In this document: positions 36,761 to 47,933 of the stretch, piece after piece
Layout of the letters: each line of letters opens with the position of its first letter
Position numbering within the stretch: the first letter of the stretch is position 1
The notes under the pieces: model-generated
Told to the model about the DNA's origin: nothing
Databases searched by the model: none
What the model saw: only the letters and a program-made list of their open reading frames with translations
Position numbers and translations under genes: made by a program
Origin: Felis catus
Taxonomy: Eukaryota
Direction of reading: 5' to 3'
Length of the DNA: 64,000 bases
Assembly (NCBI RefSeq): GCF_018350175.1
Contig: NC_058383.1
Location: 24,678,001-24,742,000, forward strand

Positions 36761-39279
36761 AACTATGTAATATTTTTGAATTTGGCAGCAGGAAGGAAAG
36801 CCTTAGTGGCCTCACTTCTCTGACCAGTTTACTGATGTGGTTGAAAACAGATATTCTTTTATTATACAGCTCTTCTCTCCTTCTGCTTCTTCCCGTCTGC
36901 TGTGCATTAGCAGTCAGCTTCCATCATGGGCCTCTAGGAAAAAACTGATAAATGTGGCCTTAATGGATTTGGATTTTTTTTTTTTAAAGAATTAGCAGAC
37001 ATTTAAGAGATTGATTAGTTACCACATGATGAACCTGAGGCATTCTTAGAGGAAATGTGGCTGTAGAAACCACATCTATACATTTGTGGTACTTCTGGTG
37101 CCCCTTTAGACGTTTGGATGCAGTCATTTATCATCTTTATGTTGGGTTGCTTCCTCATCTTTTGACTCATTTCAGTTTCCTTTCTTGCCTTTCTTTTACT
37201 TAGGGGCAAAAAACAAAGCTGATCTCTAGTTAACTAATTTTCAATTTGTGACTACTGAATTCCTCAGAAGGAGACTGAAAAGTGCACAGGTGATGTGGTA
37301 ATTGGGTGTTTGAGGACTAATCGACCACAATCAGGTAAGCCTCTAGGGTGGCTGGTATCCATATGCTAACTGGAAGCCGGGAATTAGTGCCTAATCACTG
37401 GTTTACCTTCAGCAGGGCCTAATGAGGCTGCTGCGTCCTAAGAAAGAAAACAAGTAGCGTAGAGCCAGAGATGAAGAGTGCAAGCCGGCATGCCATTTTT
37501 ATTACAGTGCCACAGAGCACAGATCCAAGACAGCCCTCAGGTCTTAAACCAGGAAGGAAATTGAAAAAGTTTGTACAGAAACAGAGTAGTCAACCTAGAA
37601 ATCTGGTGCCCCTTAATGATGCCCACTTTGCACATAAGTGGGTAGTCTGTCCTGATCAATAGTGACAGCAAAAAGATTCCAAGCGTGGGTCAGTAAAATG
37701 ATATGGCCCTTTTTTGGTTATTTTGAGTCATATGGGATTAAACATGTAGCTCATTACTGGAGCTCAGAGACCAAAAATGCTTCATTATTTGGTATTTGGA
37801 AACTTTATAGTACATGCGTGTGTTGGCTTGGTTGCATTTGGCAAGTGGTATTTGTTCTAGCCAGCCCATACTGGCCTCAGTCCTCTGGCCTTAGTTGGAT
37901 ATATATTCTTACTCTAGTATATTTGAAGTATGCAAGGTAAGGAACAGTAAGAACACTTTAAAAAGAAAATTACTCTGTGGAAAGCTGGCTGGTCTTAGTC
38001 ATGTGACCTAAGATTATTTTATAGAAATATAACCAGTTGGTTTATTTTTTTTTAAGTCCCCCCCCCCCCCAACGCCTTCTTTAAGCCCTTTTCTTTTCAT
38101 TTGCGCTTTTGAGATTTGTTGATGTAGAAAGTCATGTGTTCCTGTCCAACCCTAACTGGAAGTGCTGTCTTAGCTTGCTGCTGTAGTACATTTTAGGACA
38201 AAAAGTCTTTTAAAAGCATGAAAATAGCAGCAGACGGGTCTCGTTTGCTTTGGCAGAGGGAACAGCTTTCCCTCCCAAGTAGCTCTGGGTAAGACCTAAT
38301 CTCCAAAGGTGATCTTGTAAGGCCCAAGTTCCAAGTGACAGCAGGCGACTCTGCATTTAAAGTACTCCTTCACTCTTAACCTCCTTGTTATTTTTGCAAG
38401 TTTACTTTCTAGGAAGTAGTTTACAAATGGCCACCACCCATTTCCTATCTTTTTCTCAGGTCATTCAGCATCTGTAGCTGCCAGGTGGGATCAAGAGGCT
38501 CTTGTGGGCTTCCTTTGAGACTCCCAAGGGGGGGATGGTTTCTGCAAGTACAGCGCATTAGCCCCTGGCAGTTGGAGAAAAGCTGTCTGAGGAAATCATG
38601 TTCTCTGGCCCTTGGGTGTCTGGCGTATATAGTAAGACATAAAAACATGCACCCAGCTGGCTCCACAGACTGATGAAAGTTGGAAAGGGGTTTCTCATTG
38701 TCACTATATAGAAATACCAGCATTTGTCAGTGGTTTCTTGCTTCTGAATAGACACTAGTTGGGAACAGAATGGGATGGTTAAATCACACTGGTCCCTTCT
38801 CTCCAGGAAGTCTCAAAGTAGATTGCAAGTGCCTTGTTGACACTGATTTTTGGTGCCAGCATTTGCCTCCTGTGTTTTAGCTCCTCATTTCACAAGGTTG
38901 TTCCTTGGGTGACAGGCTCCCCATTAGCAGCCAACACAGCATTCCTCTGAGTGAGCCTTCCTGACCCAACCAGCTGCAGCAATGAGCCAGCTCGCTCTGG
39001 TCTGTTTTCCATATGCCAGGGCCTATTGCTGACCCTGAAGAGATCAAACTAAGATGACTACAGAGAGGCAGACCTGCAAAAATAGTATAATCTTTCACCC
39101 CTTATTCAGACTGGAGTAGCCCCCGCTTTCTCTCTCCTCCTTTACGACTTCTTGTCTTATTTTCTCTTGGGTCTGATAGGCTTGGGCAAGAGAGAACTGT
39201 TTACTAAGCAGTCTTGCAAATTTTGATCGTTAGCCTCTTTGCATGCCAAAAAGTGAAGGTGGTCCCAGAACATTAAACT

Positions 39280-40030
39280 TGGAAGGACTAGTCTAAACTC
39301 CTCATTTTAATGTTGGGATCACACAGACTCAGCGAGGTTAAGTGACTTGTTCAATGTCCCACACTGCTTAGAGATACCAGACCAGAACCAAGGCTTCCTG
39401 GGAGTTTACTCTGTATCTCTGGTACACTTAGGTGTTGCTAATGTACCCATCTCCATGGGAGAAAGGTGTATCTTTGGGACACGTCATAGCAGAGAATAGT
39501 AGTGAGGCCAGTGATGAAGAATGGAGAGTGTAGAAATCAGACTGCCTGGATTTGAATCCGTTTTCCTTTGTAGACTGGCTCTGGGACTGGAGGCCAAATC
39601 CCCTAAACTCTTGAGTTCTCTTCTCTGTAAAAAGAATTGTAGTATCTTCCTCATATGGTTTGTAGTGGGTTAAATGTGACAGTTAATGTGAATCCCCTCA
39701 GTACATATGTGTAATTTAAAAGATACCACTATTACTAAATGTTTTAAATCTCCTTTCCACATGGACCAACCAGATTGACCCTTTGACTCTTGACTCTTTC
39801 CTTTCCATGTGGTGTTTCCAGTCATTTAAAGACCAAACAAGACCCGCTTCTCTGAAACTTTCCCACAGGGTGAACTTTGGAGTCTGACAGGCTGGTTTTA
39901 TTTCCTAGTTCCCCTGCTTAGTAGTTAAGAAACCTCGGTTTGCTCATCTGTAAAAACTCTGACAAGCTCTAGGTGTCTGTGAGGTCAAAGGCGGATGATA
40001 CATAGGAAGCGTGCAGCCCTGTGCACATCA
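39280..40030. mobile_element. Cluster of MIR fragments
   Basis: GACTCAGCGAGGTTAAGTGACTTG; CAGACTGCCTGGATTTGAATCC; CCTCGGTTTGCTCATCTGTAAAA. Confidence 0.7.
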
Positions 40031-41581
40031 CACACATCACTTCCCCTTAGTCAGCCCTCCACCTTTCTTTCCGTAACACTAATTCACACACCTCTCTCCT
40101 TTTCCTGTCTCCAGTCACCCTGTGTCCTTGTGTGGTTTAGCCCGTCATGGTCATTATCTTCCATAACAGGTAGATAGTAAACCTGGGAAGACCCAGGGAC
40201 TTACCTGACCCAGGGACTTACCTGATCTCACTTCACGAAACTGCCTACAGGATAGATCAGCTCCTGATCCCTCTTTGGAGCCAGAGCATCCACAGGGACC
40301 ACAGCCTCTGGGATCGCCCCTGGCCAGCAGTGCCAGCTCCAGGCATGGGGCCAGGCAGGCAGCCAAGCCCATCCCCATGAACAGCAGCCAGGGCTGGTAC
40401 TGTGAGGGGGGGAGGGGAGACTAGGGCTGATGTGCAGAGAGGGAGGGTGACAGAATCATTTGGAGCCGAGATTGAAGGAGAAAAGCTGGAGGCTGATTGT
40501 GGTCCAGCATAAACTGAGCTGAGAGATAACTGGCATCAATCTTTCAGGTAAACCCCAAAATTATAATTGTGCTAGAAGTAGGTTTCCAGGGGTGTGTGTG
40601 TATGTGTGTTTGTTTTTTCTTCATTTTTCTTCCTGCCTTTGCTTTCTCCGTGCCCCTCCTCGTCCCTGGCTCTGTTCAACTCATTAATGCCTCTTAGCTA
40701 AAGCAGGAGAGCAGAATCCCTGCAAGAACAGGTTGCTGCTGTGGGTACCTGGGGAGTCCTGCTTACCTGAGCTGCCCCCACCCCCATAAGAGCTGCACTG
40801 GCCACTGAAAAGAGCACTGTTCTAGGAGCAGGGAGGCTTGATTCTGTCACTGTCTTTGCAATAACAGCAGCAGTTACGATAAAGGTTAACATGTACTGAA
40901 TACTTTGTGTGGGCAGAACATCTATGGATTATCTCATTTACTCTAACTTGGGGTACAGCTGCCCCATTTTAAAGTTAATGCTGACAGTCACAGTTGGTGC
41001 CATCACTGTAATTCACATCCAGGTTTGTCTGCTCCAAGAGCTCATCCTCTTCGTTACTCTGCTCCTGTTTTTCCCTTCCTGGAATAGCTCCTTGACCTTG
41101 GTATGCCTCCATTTCTTTTCCTATGAAATGGGGATAACCATTTCACAGAGCTACATTTATAGCTATTATAATATCCTACTAAATACACAGTGGTGCTTTG
41201 TTGCTGATCAAATTTGCCTCTGAGGGTGCCCAGATTGTGCTGAGGCTGCCTACTTCAGAGGTGGCTGGGATGACCAGCTGGAAAGGCAGTTCCATTAAAT
41301 TAGTATAAATAAATAGTAAGCCAGAAATTCTGTCTTTTTTAAACCTACAGATCTGGGACTAAGTAGAAAGGGGAAGAAATCTGGAACTGGCTGGAAGCTT
41401 GCCCCAGGTTAGGGTCGGGGGTAACCATTGGATTCGTGGTGTCCGTAGAGCACAGCAGATACCTAGCTTGATTTTATTCAGCGTCAATCACAAGGCAGTC
41501 TTATCCTGTGGAGAACTCAACCCTCCAGGTGTTTCTGGGCAGTGGTACATTTGAGCAGGGTCAGTGCTGTGGTTTAAGAGA

Positions 41582-41805
41582 ATTTTTTTTTTTTAAGTTT
41601 ATTTATTTATTTTGAGAGAGCACGAGAGCACGAGAACACGAGCGGGAGAGGGCCAGAGAAGGGAGAGAGAGAATCCCAAGTAGGCTCGTCACTGTCAGCA
41701 CAGAGCCCACTGCAGGTCTCATACTCCTGAACTGTGAGATCATGACCTGAGTCGAAATCAGGAGTTGCTGTTTAACCTAACCGACTGAGCCACACATGTG
41801 CCTCT
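41582..41805 (-). mobile_element. Can-SINE
   Basis: Poly-T, GAGAATCCCAAGTAGGCTC, GAGATCATGACCTGAG. Confidence 0.88.
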
Positions 41806-41959
41806 CAAGAGACTATTCTTGAGCAAGACCCAAACATGTGACTCAAGGCAGGGGTAGGCGTCCTGGCTGGATCTGGAAAAGCTGAAGCCTGGCACCCATT
41901 GTTCTGATGGGACAAGCTACGGTTTTCATCAGGTAACCAGATATTACTTTGCTGTTAAT

Positions 41960-42655
41960 AATAATGACTGATAGCTGTCCTATCATTTCTTTCTGGGGAG
42001 TGGGGCACTGTGTGGCAGGTACTCTTTATCTGTATTACCTGACTGAATCCTTAACAACAGCTCTGTGAGGCAGATACTATTCTGCCGGTTGAGGAAATAA
42101 AGGTTTCAGTCAGGATCAGCAATAATAACTGGCAGAGTTGGCCTTTGATTTCAAACCTGGAGCTTTGAACCATGTCGATGGACTGAAACATCACTGCTTT
42201 AGGGCATCTCTGGTGAGGCTGAGCCCAAGGAATCTTGACTGCCTGGATCACAGTGCCAGGGCTCACTGGGAGAGGGCAGTGGGCAGGACACCCTTCTTGA
42301 GCACTGGGCAGGGACAGTTTGTTATTCTCTTTCCAGTGGCTGATGGTAGAAGTTACTCTTCTGAGATCAGTGTGGTGACTTCAGAGCTCAGGACCCATCC
42401 ATTGGTGGGCTTTCCCTGGGTGCTCTCATGTAGGTGGACTCAGCCGCCCAGCCTAGTGGTAAAGGCTAGGTTTCTCGAGCCAGACACACTAGGTCCTCTT
42501 TATGTGATGTTGCATGATTTACCTTGTGCCTCAGTGTCCCCATCTTTCAGTGGGGTTGTGGTGAGCATATACGAGTTTTAATGTCCATAAAGTGCTTAGT
42601 GTAGTGCCAGGCATGCTATCAAGTGTTCAATAATTGACAGCTGCTATTATTAGCT
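41960..42655. mobile_element. Two MIR fragments (~41960-42170 on -, ~42450-42655 on +)
   Basis: AATCCTTAACAACAGCTCTGTGAGG...; CCTCAGTGTCCCCATCT...AAAGTGCTTAG. Confidence 0.65.
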
Positions 42656-45161
42656 ATTAGCCAACAGCTAGCAAGTCCAGGGAGACTTATGACTTTCAAA
42701 CATCTGAAGTGCTGCCAGCCTGGGACATAGGGCTTGTGAGACTCAGCCTCGAGAAAGCTCTGAGAGCATAAGTGTTTTCCCAAGGAAAGAGGTAGATACA
42801 AAAGAAGGGGGACCATTGAATAATCGGGGCTGGACTTCCCATCAGATCTGAAAACATTGTGCTCTGGCTTGAGGTCATCAGTTGCCTCTACACTCCTGTG
42901 GAATGGGGGCATCTCACAGAAGGGGACCAGAATGGAAGAAAGAGATCTGACCTTCTGGCATTTGCTGATGGATCATCTGTTTACATTGATTTTCCCCTCC
43001 TTATCTGCTGGGCATGTTAAAAGCCTTCAGGTTCTGCTGTGTCAGGTCATCAAAGATGCTCTTATGTGGAGGGCCGTTTGGGTAAATGGGATTAGGGCCT
43101 CTTTGGGAGGCCCATCTGTTCTGTCCTTACCTGAAGGCCTAGGCGCCAGGATTTGGAGGAAGCTGGTACAAGGAAGCATCTGTCCCGTGGGGGTGGGGAT
43201 GAGGGTGAGAGGCCTGGGGTAGGTGGGTCAGACAGAGGCCAGGAAATCCTCTTACTCTGCCAGGTACCCGGGCCTCCCTCTGCAGCAGGAGCTGAGCAGC
43301 AAACCCTGGTGAGTCAGCATGCCTGGGAATTAGAGCTGCCAGTCTGTGAGCATGTGGGGTTTGTATGAGTTTGGGCCTTTTGTTTCTTTTAGCACTGTAG
43401 TCTTTAGAAACACCAATCTGGAAACCAGACCCTCCACATGGTATAGTCCTGCTTGTTTTGAGATAATTCGGCTCCAACAGTTGCTTTCCTTGCATGCTGG
43501 TCTTCCAAGAATTAACCCCTTGCCTTTTAAAATTTTAAATAGCTTGTTCTTACGGCTTATTTGCTGTACTATTAAGGCACAGAAAGACTTAAGGAAACTT
43601 AATTGGATCTTTCCCCACACCAAAACCCTTCAGCCTTTCAGTGTTTTTTTTGAAGCCTAAGTGGAACTGCAAGTCTTTTGAGGGCACGTATGGGCATGTC
43701 TTTCTGTCAATTTATTCTCTTTGAGGGTGGAGAATAGGACACACCCTGATACAGTTGAGTCTCCGATAACTATAAGAGTGATCCTGGTGGTCATTTTAAA
43801 CTTGTACATCCAGAATTTACCTGTAGAATTCCTTATGAAGATAGCCCCAAATGTATCTAGGCACTATTTGAAGGAGAGGAAAGTTCTTTAGGTAAAGTTT
43901 AAGCTCCAACCTTCCATGAAAAGCACCCTTCTGCCCCACTGCCTGTCTCCTAAGAGCTTTGAATTTGGATCATAAAGGTCCATGAACGCTTCCTAGAGCG
44001 GAGCAGGCATGGGACTGACATGGATTTTGGTCCACTTTACCTGCTCTACTTCTGGCTCCTGGTCTGAAGTTCTGTTAACATTGTAACTTTGGTGGCCGCA
44101 ATTACTATGGCAGGTGGTAGTATTTTACAGATACTAAGTTGTGGCTGGATCTTCTTGTGGACTAGTTAAGACACAGTTTGCAGAGAAATCACCTCACCCC
44201 TGGCCAGGAAATTTCTAACAATGTTTTAAAAACACACAAAACACACTTTTAAATAACGTAAGTAATAAACCACCATGAGGAGTTTGTATCAGCGCACACT
44301 CTTGTTTTTTAGCTAGCAATTATCCTACTATTTAGAGATTATATTGAGGTAAATCAGCACTTCTTTTAAGATGGAGACCTCCTCTTGGAGGACTGAGCTT
44401 GCAGGTCTTCTAGGACCTTCCATTTTAGTGTGGACTTGGCTTGCACTCTACATACAGCCTTGAGGAGGACCTGAGTGGGGAGAGAGAGAAACTGGAAGAC
44501 CAGGAACCTTGGCATGGAGTACAGGCTTGATGTTTGGCTCCTGTGGGTGGGCAGAGGAAGGGTGGAGAAAGGGCATTTCACTTACTGCGTGAGAGAGTCC
44601 CAGAGAGGAATTTGAAGAGATCAGAGACAGATTTTACTTAGCTATTTGGCTAGGACACTGTAGTCTTGACTCCACAAATCCTTTACCTCATCTTCAGGCC
44701 ATTATGAAACTCTTAAATGTGGCTACCCTTTCTCCCTACTCATCCTACTTAAAAAGAAAATCTGAGAATTTTGACATTAGAAACTAGGAGATGAACTTTT
44801 TATTTGCACCTTCTGGCTGAATCCAGGACCAAACAACTTTCTTATGTGATGGCAAGTTGGCAAGACAGATTTCCTCTGGAATATTTCTGGCAAAACTGCA
44901 GTCTTCCCTGATGTGTTCTGCGCATGAATCAACCTCTTTGTAACCTATGTTACCTTAAGAATTTTAGGAATTTTCCTTATTGATTCTCCATATGTACCCA
45001 GCCCTGCATTTCCAGTGTGAAGGTACAGAGCTTATGGGGAGGTGGTGATGAACTCTGGGCCTCTCATGGTTGGCTCAATGAAAGAGAATGGGGCCCCGGG
45101 GCGCAGTCCCTGTACTCCTGTCTCCTTATCCAGTGGTAACTGTTCTCTGATTTTCTTCTAG

Positions 45162-45266
45162 GTTGGCTAGCTCCTCTGGCTGATGGCATGTTGAGGCACA
45201 TGGGCCAGTGGCAGCGAGGGCATCTGATCCAGAGGGGGCCACTCTAGAGGCCAGGCCACCAGCACC
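45162..45266 (+). other. DCUN1D3: DCUN1D3 exon 2 5'UTR portion
   Basis: Pyrimidine tract and AG at 45160-45161, 105 nt before the main ATG. Confidence 0.85.
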
Positions 45267-45697
45267 ATGGGCCAGTGCGTCACCAAGTGCAAGAATCCCT
45301 CATCAACCCTGGGCAGCAAGAATGGAGACCGTGACCCCAGCAGCAAGTCACACAGCAGGCGGGGTGCAGGCCATCGCGAGGAACAGCCACCAGCCTGTGG
45401 CAAGCCAGGTGGGGATATCCTTGTCAATGGGACCAAGAAGGCAGAGGCTGTCACCGAACCCTGCCAGCTGCCAACGTCCTCTGGAGATGCTGGGAGGGAG
45501 CCCAAGTCCAATGCCGAGGAGTCTTCCCTGCAGAGGTTGGAAGAACTGTTCAGGCGTTACAAGGACGAGCGGGAGGATGCAATTTTGGAGGAAGGCATGG
45601 AGCGCTTTTGCAATGACTTATGTGTTGACCCCACGGAATTTCGAGTGCTGCTCTTGGCTTGGAAGTTCCAGGCTGCTACCATGTGCAAATTCACCAG
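45267..45697 (+). CDS. DCUN1D3: DCN1-like protein 3 (cullin neddylation E3 cofactor), first coding exon (143 codons + 2 nt)
   Basis: Translation MGQCVTKCKNPSSTLGSKNG...LEELFRRYKDEREDAILEEGMERFCNDLCVDPTEFRVLLLAWKFQAATMCKFTR is recognisable DCNL3. Kozak GCACCATGG. Acceptor TTTTCTTCTAG|G at 45161/45162, donor CAG|GTTAGT at 45697/45698. Confidence 0.98.
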
Positions 45698-46447
45698 GTT
45701 AGTCACAAATACTTAATGTCACCAGGTGAGCAGAGGAGGGAGAATGTAGTACTGGGCAGTAGTGCCCAGTTGGGGTAGAACTGGGTTGGCTTCTTAGGGT
45801 TTTGGGTAAGTCTGTCTTTTTCTGACCGATTTCTCTAAAGCAATTCAGCTTTGCCTAAAGTTAAGTGAGGAATAACCCATGTGGAGCTCTGCTACCCAGC
45901 CCCACTGCTGCCCCAGATGTTTATCTCTTCTTTCACTCCTTCACTTGTCGTTTCCCTCACTTCCTCACTCACTCGATACTTACCATGCACCTCTCCTGTG
46001 CCAGGCGCTGTGAGTGCCAGTTTGGGGAGCACCTTTGGTGTCTGCCTCTGTCACTGCGTGAAGCCAGTTGCCCCTTCTAGCTTTGCATACATGCCCCTTA
46101 GCCAGCATGCGCACCAAAAAGGACAGTGGGCCCCCGTGACCAAGCAGTAGTTGTGCACATCTCCATGGTCATGCGTCCCTGTAGAGGTTGTTTGTGGGGA
46201 CGGAGGGGCAGGGTCACCTCAAGGTGTGGTTTCCAGAGCACTGGGTTATAAATAAGAAGTGACTTTGAGACCCCCCCCCCCACCTTCACCCCCCATTTTC
46301 CAGCCCCTGGGTAGATTACCCGACAGACTTTAGATGCCTTATATCTTTAGCTGATACAGCAGTCTCTGAGAAGATGATCAGTGAGAAACCTTGTTGGAAC
46401 CTAAAAATGCTACATAGATATTAAAAATACATATTCAGTTTTTGTGG

Positions 46448-46506
46448 GTTTTTTTTTTTTAATTATTTTTGAGAGAGAGAGTGTGCATGAGCAGGGGAGG
46501 GGCACG

Positions 46507-46553
<47 letters not shown>

Positions 46554-46910
46554 TCCAAAGCAGGCACCAGGCTCTGAGCTGTCAGCACAGAGCCCGACAT
46601 GGGACTCCAGCCCATGAACCATGAGATCATGACCTGAGCCGAAATTGGACACTTAACCGACTGAGCCACCCAGGCACCCCCACAGTTTTTTGTTTTTTTG
46701 TTTTTTTTTTTACATTTATTTTATTTTTGATAGAAAGAGACAGCACAAGCTGGGGAGGGGCAGAGATAGAAGGAGACACAGAATCCAAAGCAGGCTCCAG
46801 CCTCCGAGCTGTCAGAACAGAGCCCAACATGGGGCTCGAACTCACAAACCGCAAGATTGTGACCTGAGCTGAAGTCGGACACTTAACCAACTGAGCCACC
46901 CAGGCGCCCC
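46448..46910 (-). mobile_element. Two tandem Can-SINEs in DCUN1D3 intron 2, one with an internal (CA)n
   Basis: Heads end at ~46681 and 46910; flanking CAGTTTT repeats. Confidence 0.9.
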
Positions 46911-47179
46911 AGTTTTCATTTTTTAATAACAGAACTTTGGCCTCTGGTGGCAGAGTTACCTAGGTTTATCCAGAATCTTTGACTCCAAAAATCTCCCTTG
47001 GCAGTCCCCAAAAATATTCCGAAAACAAACAACCCATGGAGAATCAAAAGGAAAGCAGGAAGACTTCCTGTCTGGGAGGGGCGTCTGCAGCTTAATTACT
47101 ACTGCCAAATGGGAAATAGGGCATTGAGCAGGAGCCTTGAGTTTCATCTTTGGAAAGATGAGTAAGTGAATGAATGAGC

Positions 47180-47392
47180 CAGTATTAGCTGTCTACCATG
47201 TGCTAGGCACTGTTAGATGCAGTTGACACGTATTAACTTGTTTAGTCCTCACCAAACCCCTAGAAGTTAGGTGGTAATCTCACCATTTGACAGATGAAGA
47301 AATAGGACTAATTTAATTAGTAGAGGAGCTGGAATTCAAATCCAGGCCATCCAGACTCAAAGCCATGCTCTTAATTACTATGCTATATTGCC
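47180..47392 (-). mobile_element. MIR immediately upstream of the last DCUN1D3 acceptor
   Basis: CCATTTGACAGATGAAGAAA, GAGCTGGAATTCAAATCCAGG...GACTCAAAGCCATGCTCTTAA. Confidence 0.8.
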
Positions 47393-47449
47393 TCTCAGCA
47401 GATGATAGTGTTTACAATTATTAATTGTGCCTCTTCCTTCCTGTTGCAG

Positions 47450-47933
47450 GAAGGAGTTTTTTGATGGCTGCAAAGCAATAAGTGCAGACAGCATTGATGG
47501 GATCTGTGCACGGTTCCCTAGCCTCTTAACAGAAGCCAAACAAGAGGATAAATTCAAGGATCTGTACCGGTTTACATTTCAGTTTGGCCTGGACTCTGAA
47601 GAAGGGCAGCGGTCACTGCATCGGGAAATAGCCATTGCCCTGTGGAAACTAGTCTTTACCCAGAACAATCCTCCAGTATTGGACCAATGGCTAAACTTCC
47701 TAACGGAGAACCCCTCGGGGATCAAGGGCATCTCCCGGGACACTTGGAACATGTTCCTTAACTTCACTCAGGTGATTGGCCCAGACCTCAGCAACTACAG
47801 TGAAGATGAGGCCTGGCCAAGTCTCTTCGATACCTTTGTGGAGTGGGAAATGGAGCGAAGGAAAAGAGAAGGGGAAGGGAGAGGTGCACTCAGCTCAGGG
47901 CCCGAGGGCTTGTGTCCCGAGGAGCAGACTTAG
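47450..47933 (+). CDS. DCUN1D3: DCN1-like protein 3, last coding exon (PONY/cullin-binding domain C-terminus)
   Basis: Acceptor CTTCCTTCCTGTTGCAG|G. Phase matches the previous exon (AG+G=Arg). KEFFDGCKAISADSIDG...FKDLYRFTFQFG...ISRDTWNMFLNF...YSEDEAWPSLFDTFVEW...EEQT*. Total 431+484=915 nt = 304 aa. Confidence 0.98.

Noticed and set aside
42138..43660. Several 100-147 aa intronic ORFs
   Set aside because: Overlap MIR fragments, often non-ATG starts, no recognisable protein or exon-like splice framing.
45162..45697. Circular RNA from exon 2 driven by flanking SINEs
   Set aside because: The nearest SINEs on both sides are in the same orientation; the nearest inverted partner is ~15 kb away.
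45698..45716. ORF-track stop after ...FTRLVTNT, suggesting a 149-aa protein
   Set aside because: Read-through into intron 2; the spliced CDS continues at 47450.
3848..46899. Recurrent short ORFs such as MAQLVK..., SSGHDL..., ERERER, CVCVCV
   Set aside because: Translations of Can-SINEs and microsatellites.
46938..46954. CTCF-like motif (CTGCCACCAGAGGCCA on -)
   Set aside because: Core mismatch; cannot be supported without PWM or ChIP data.
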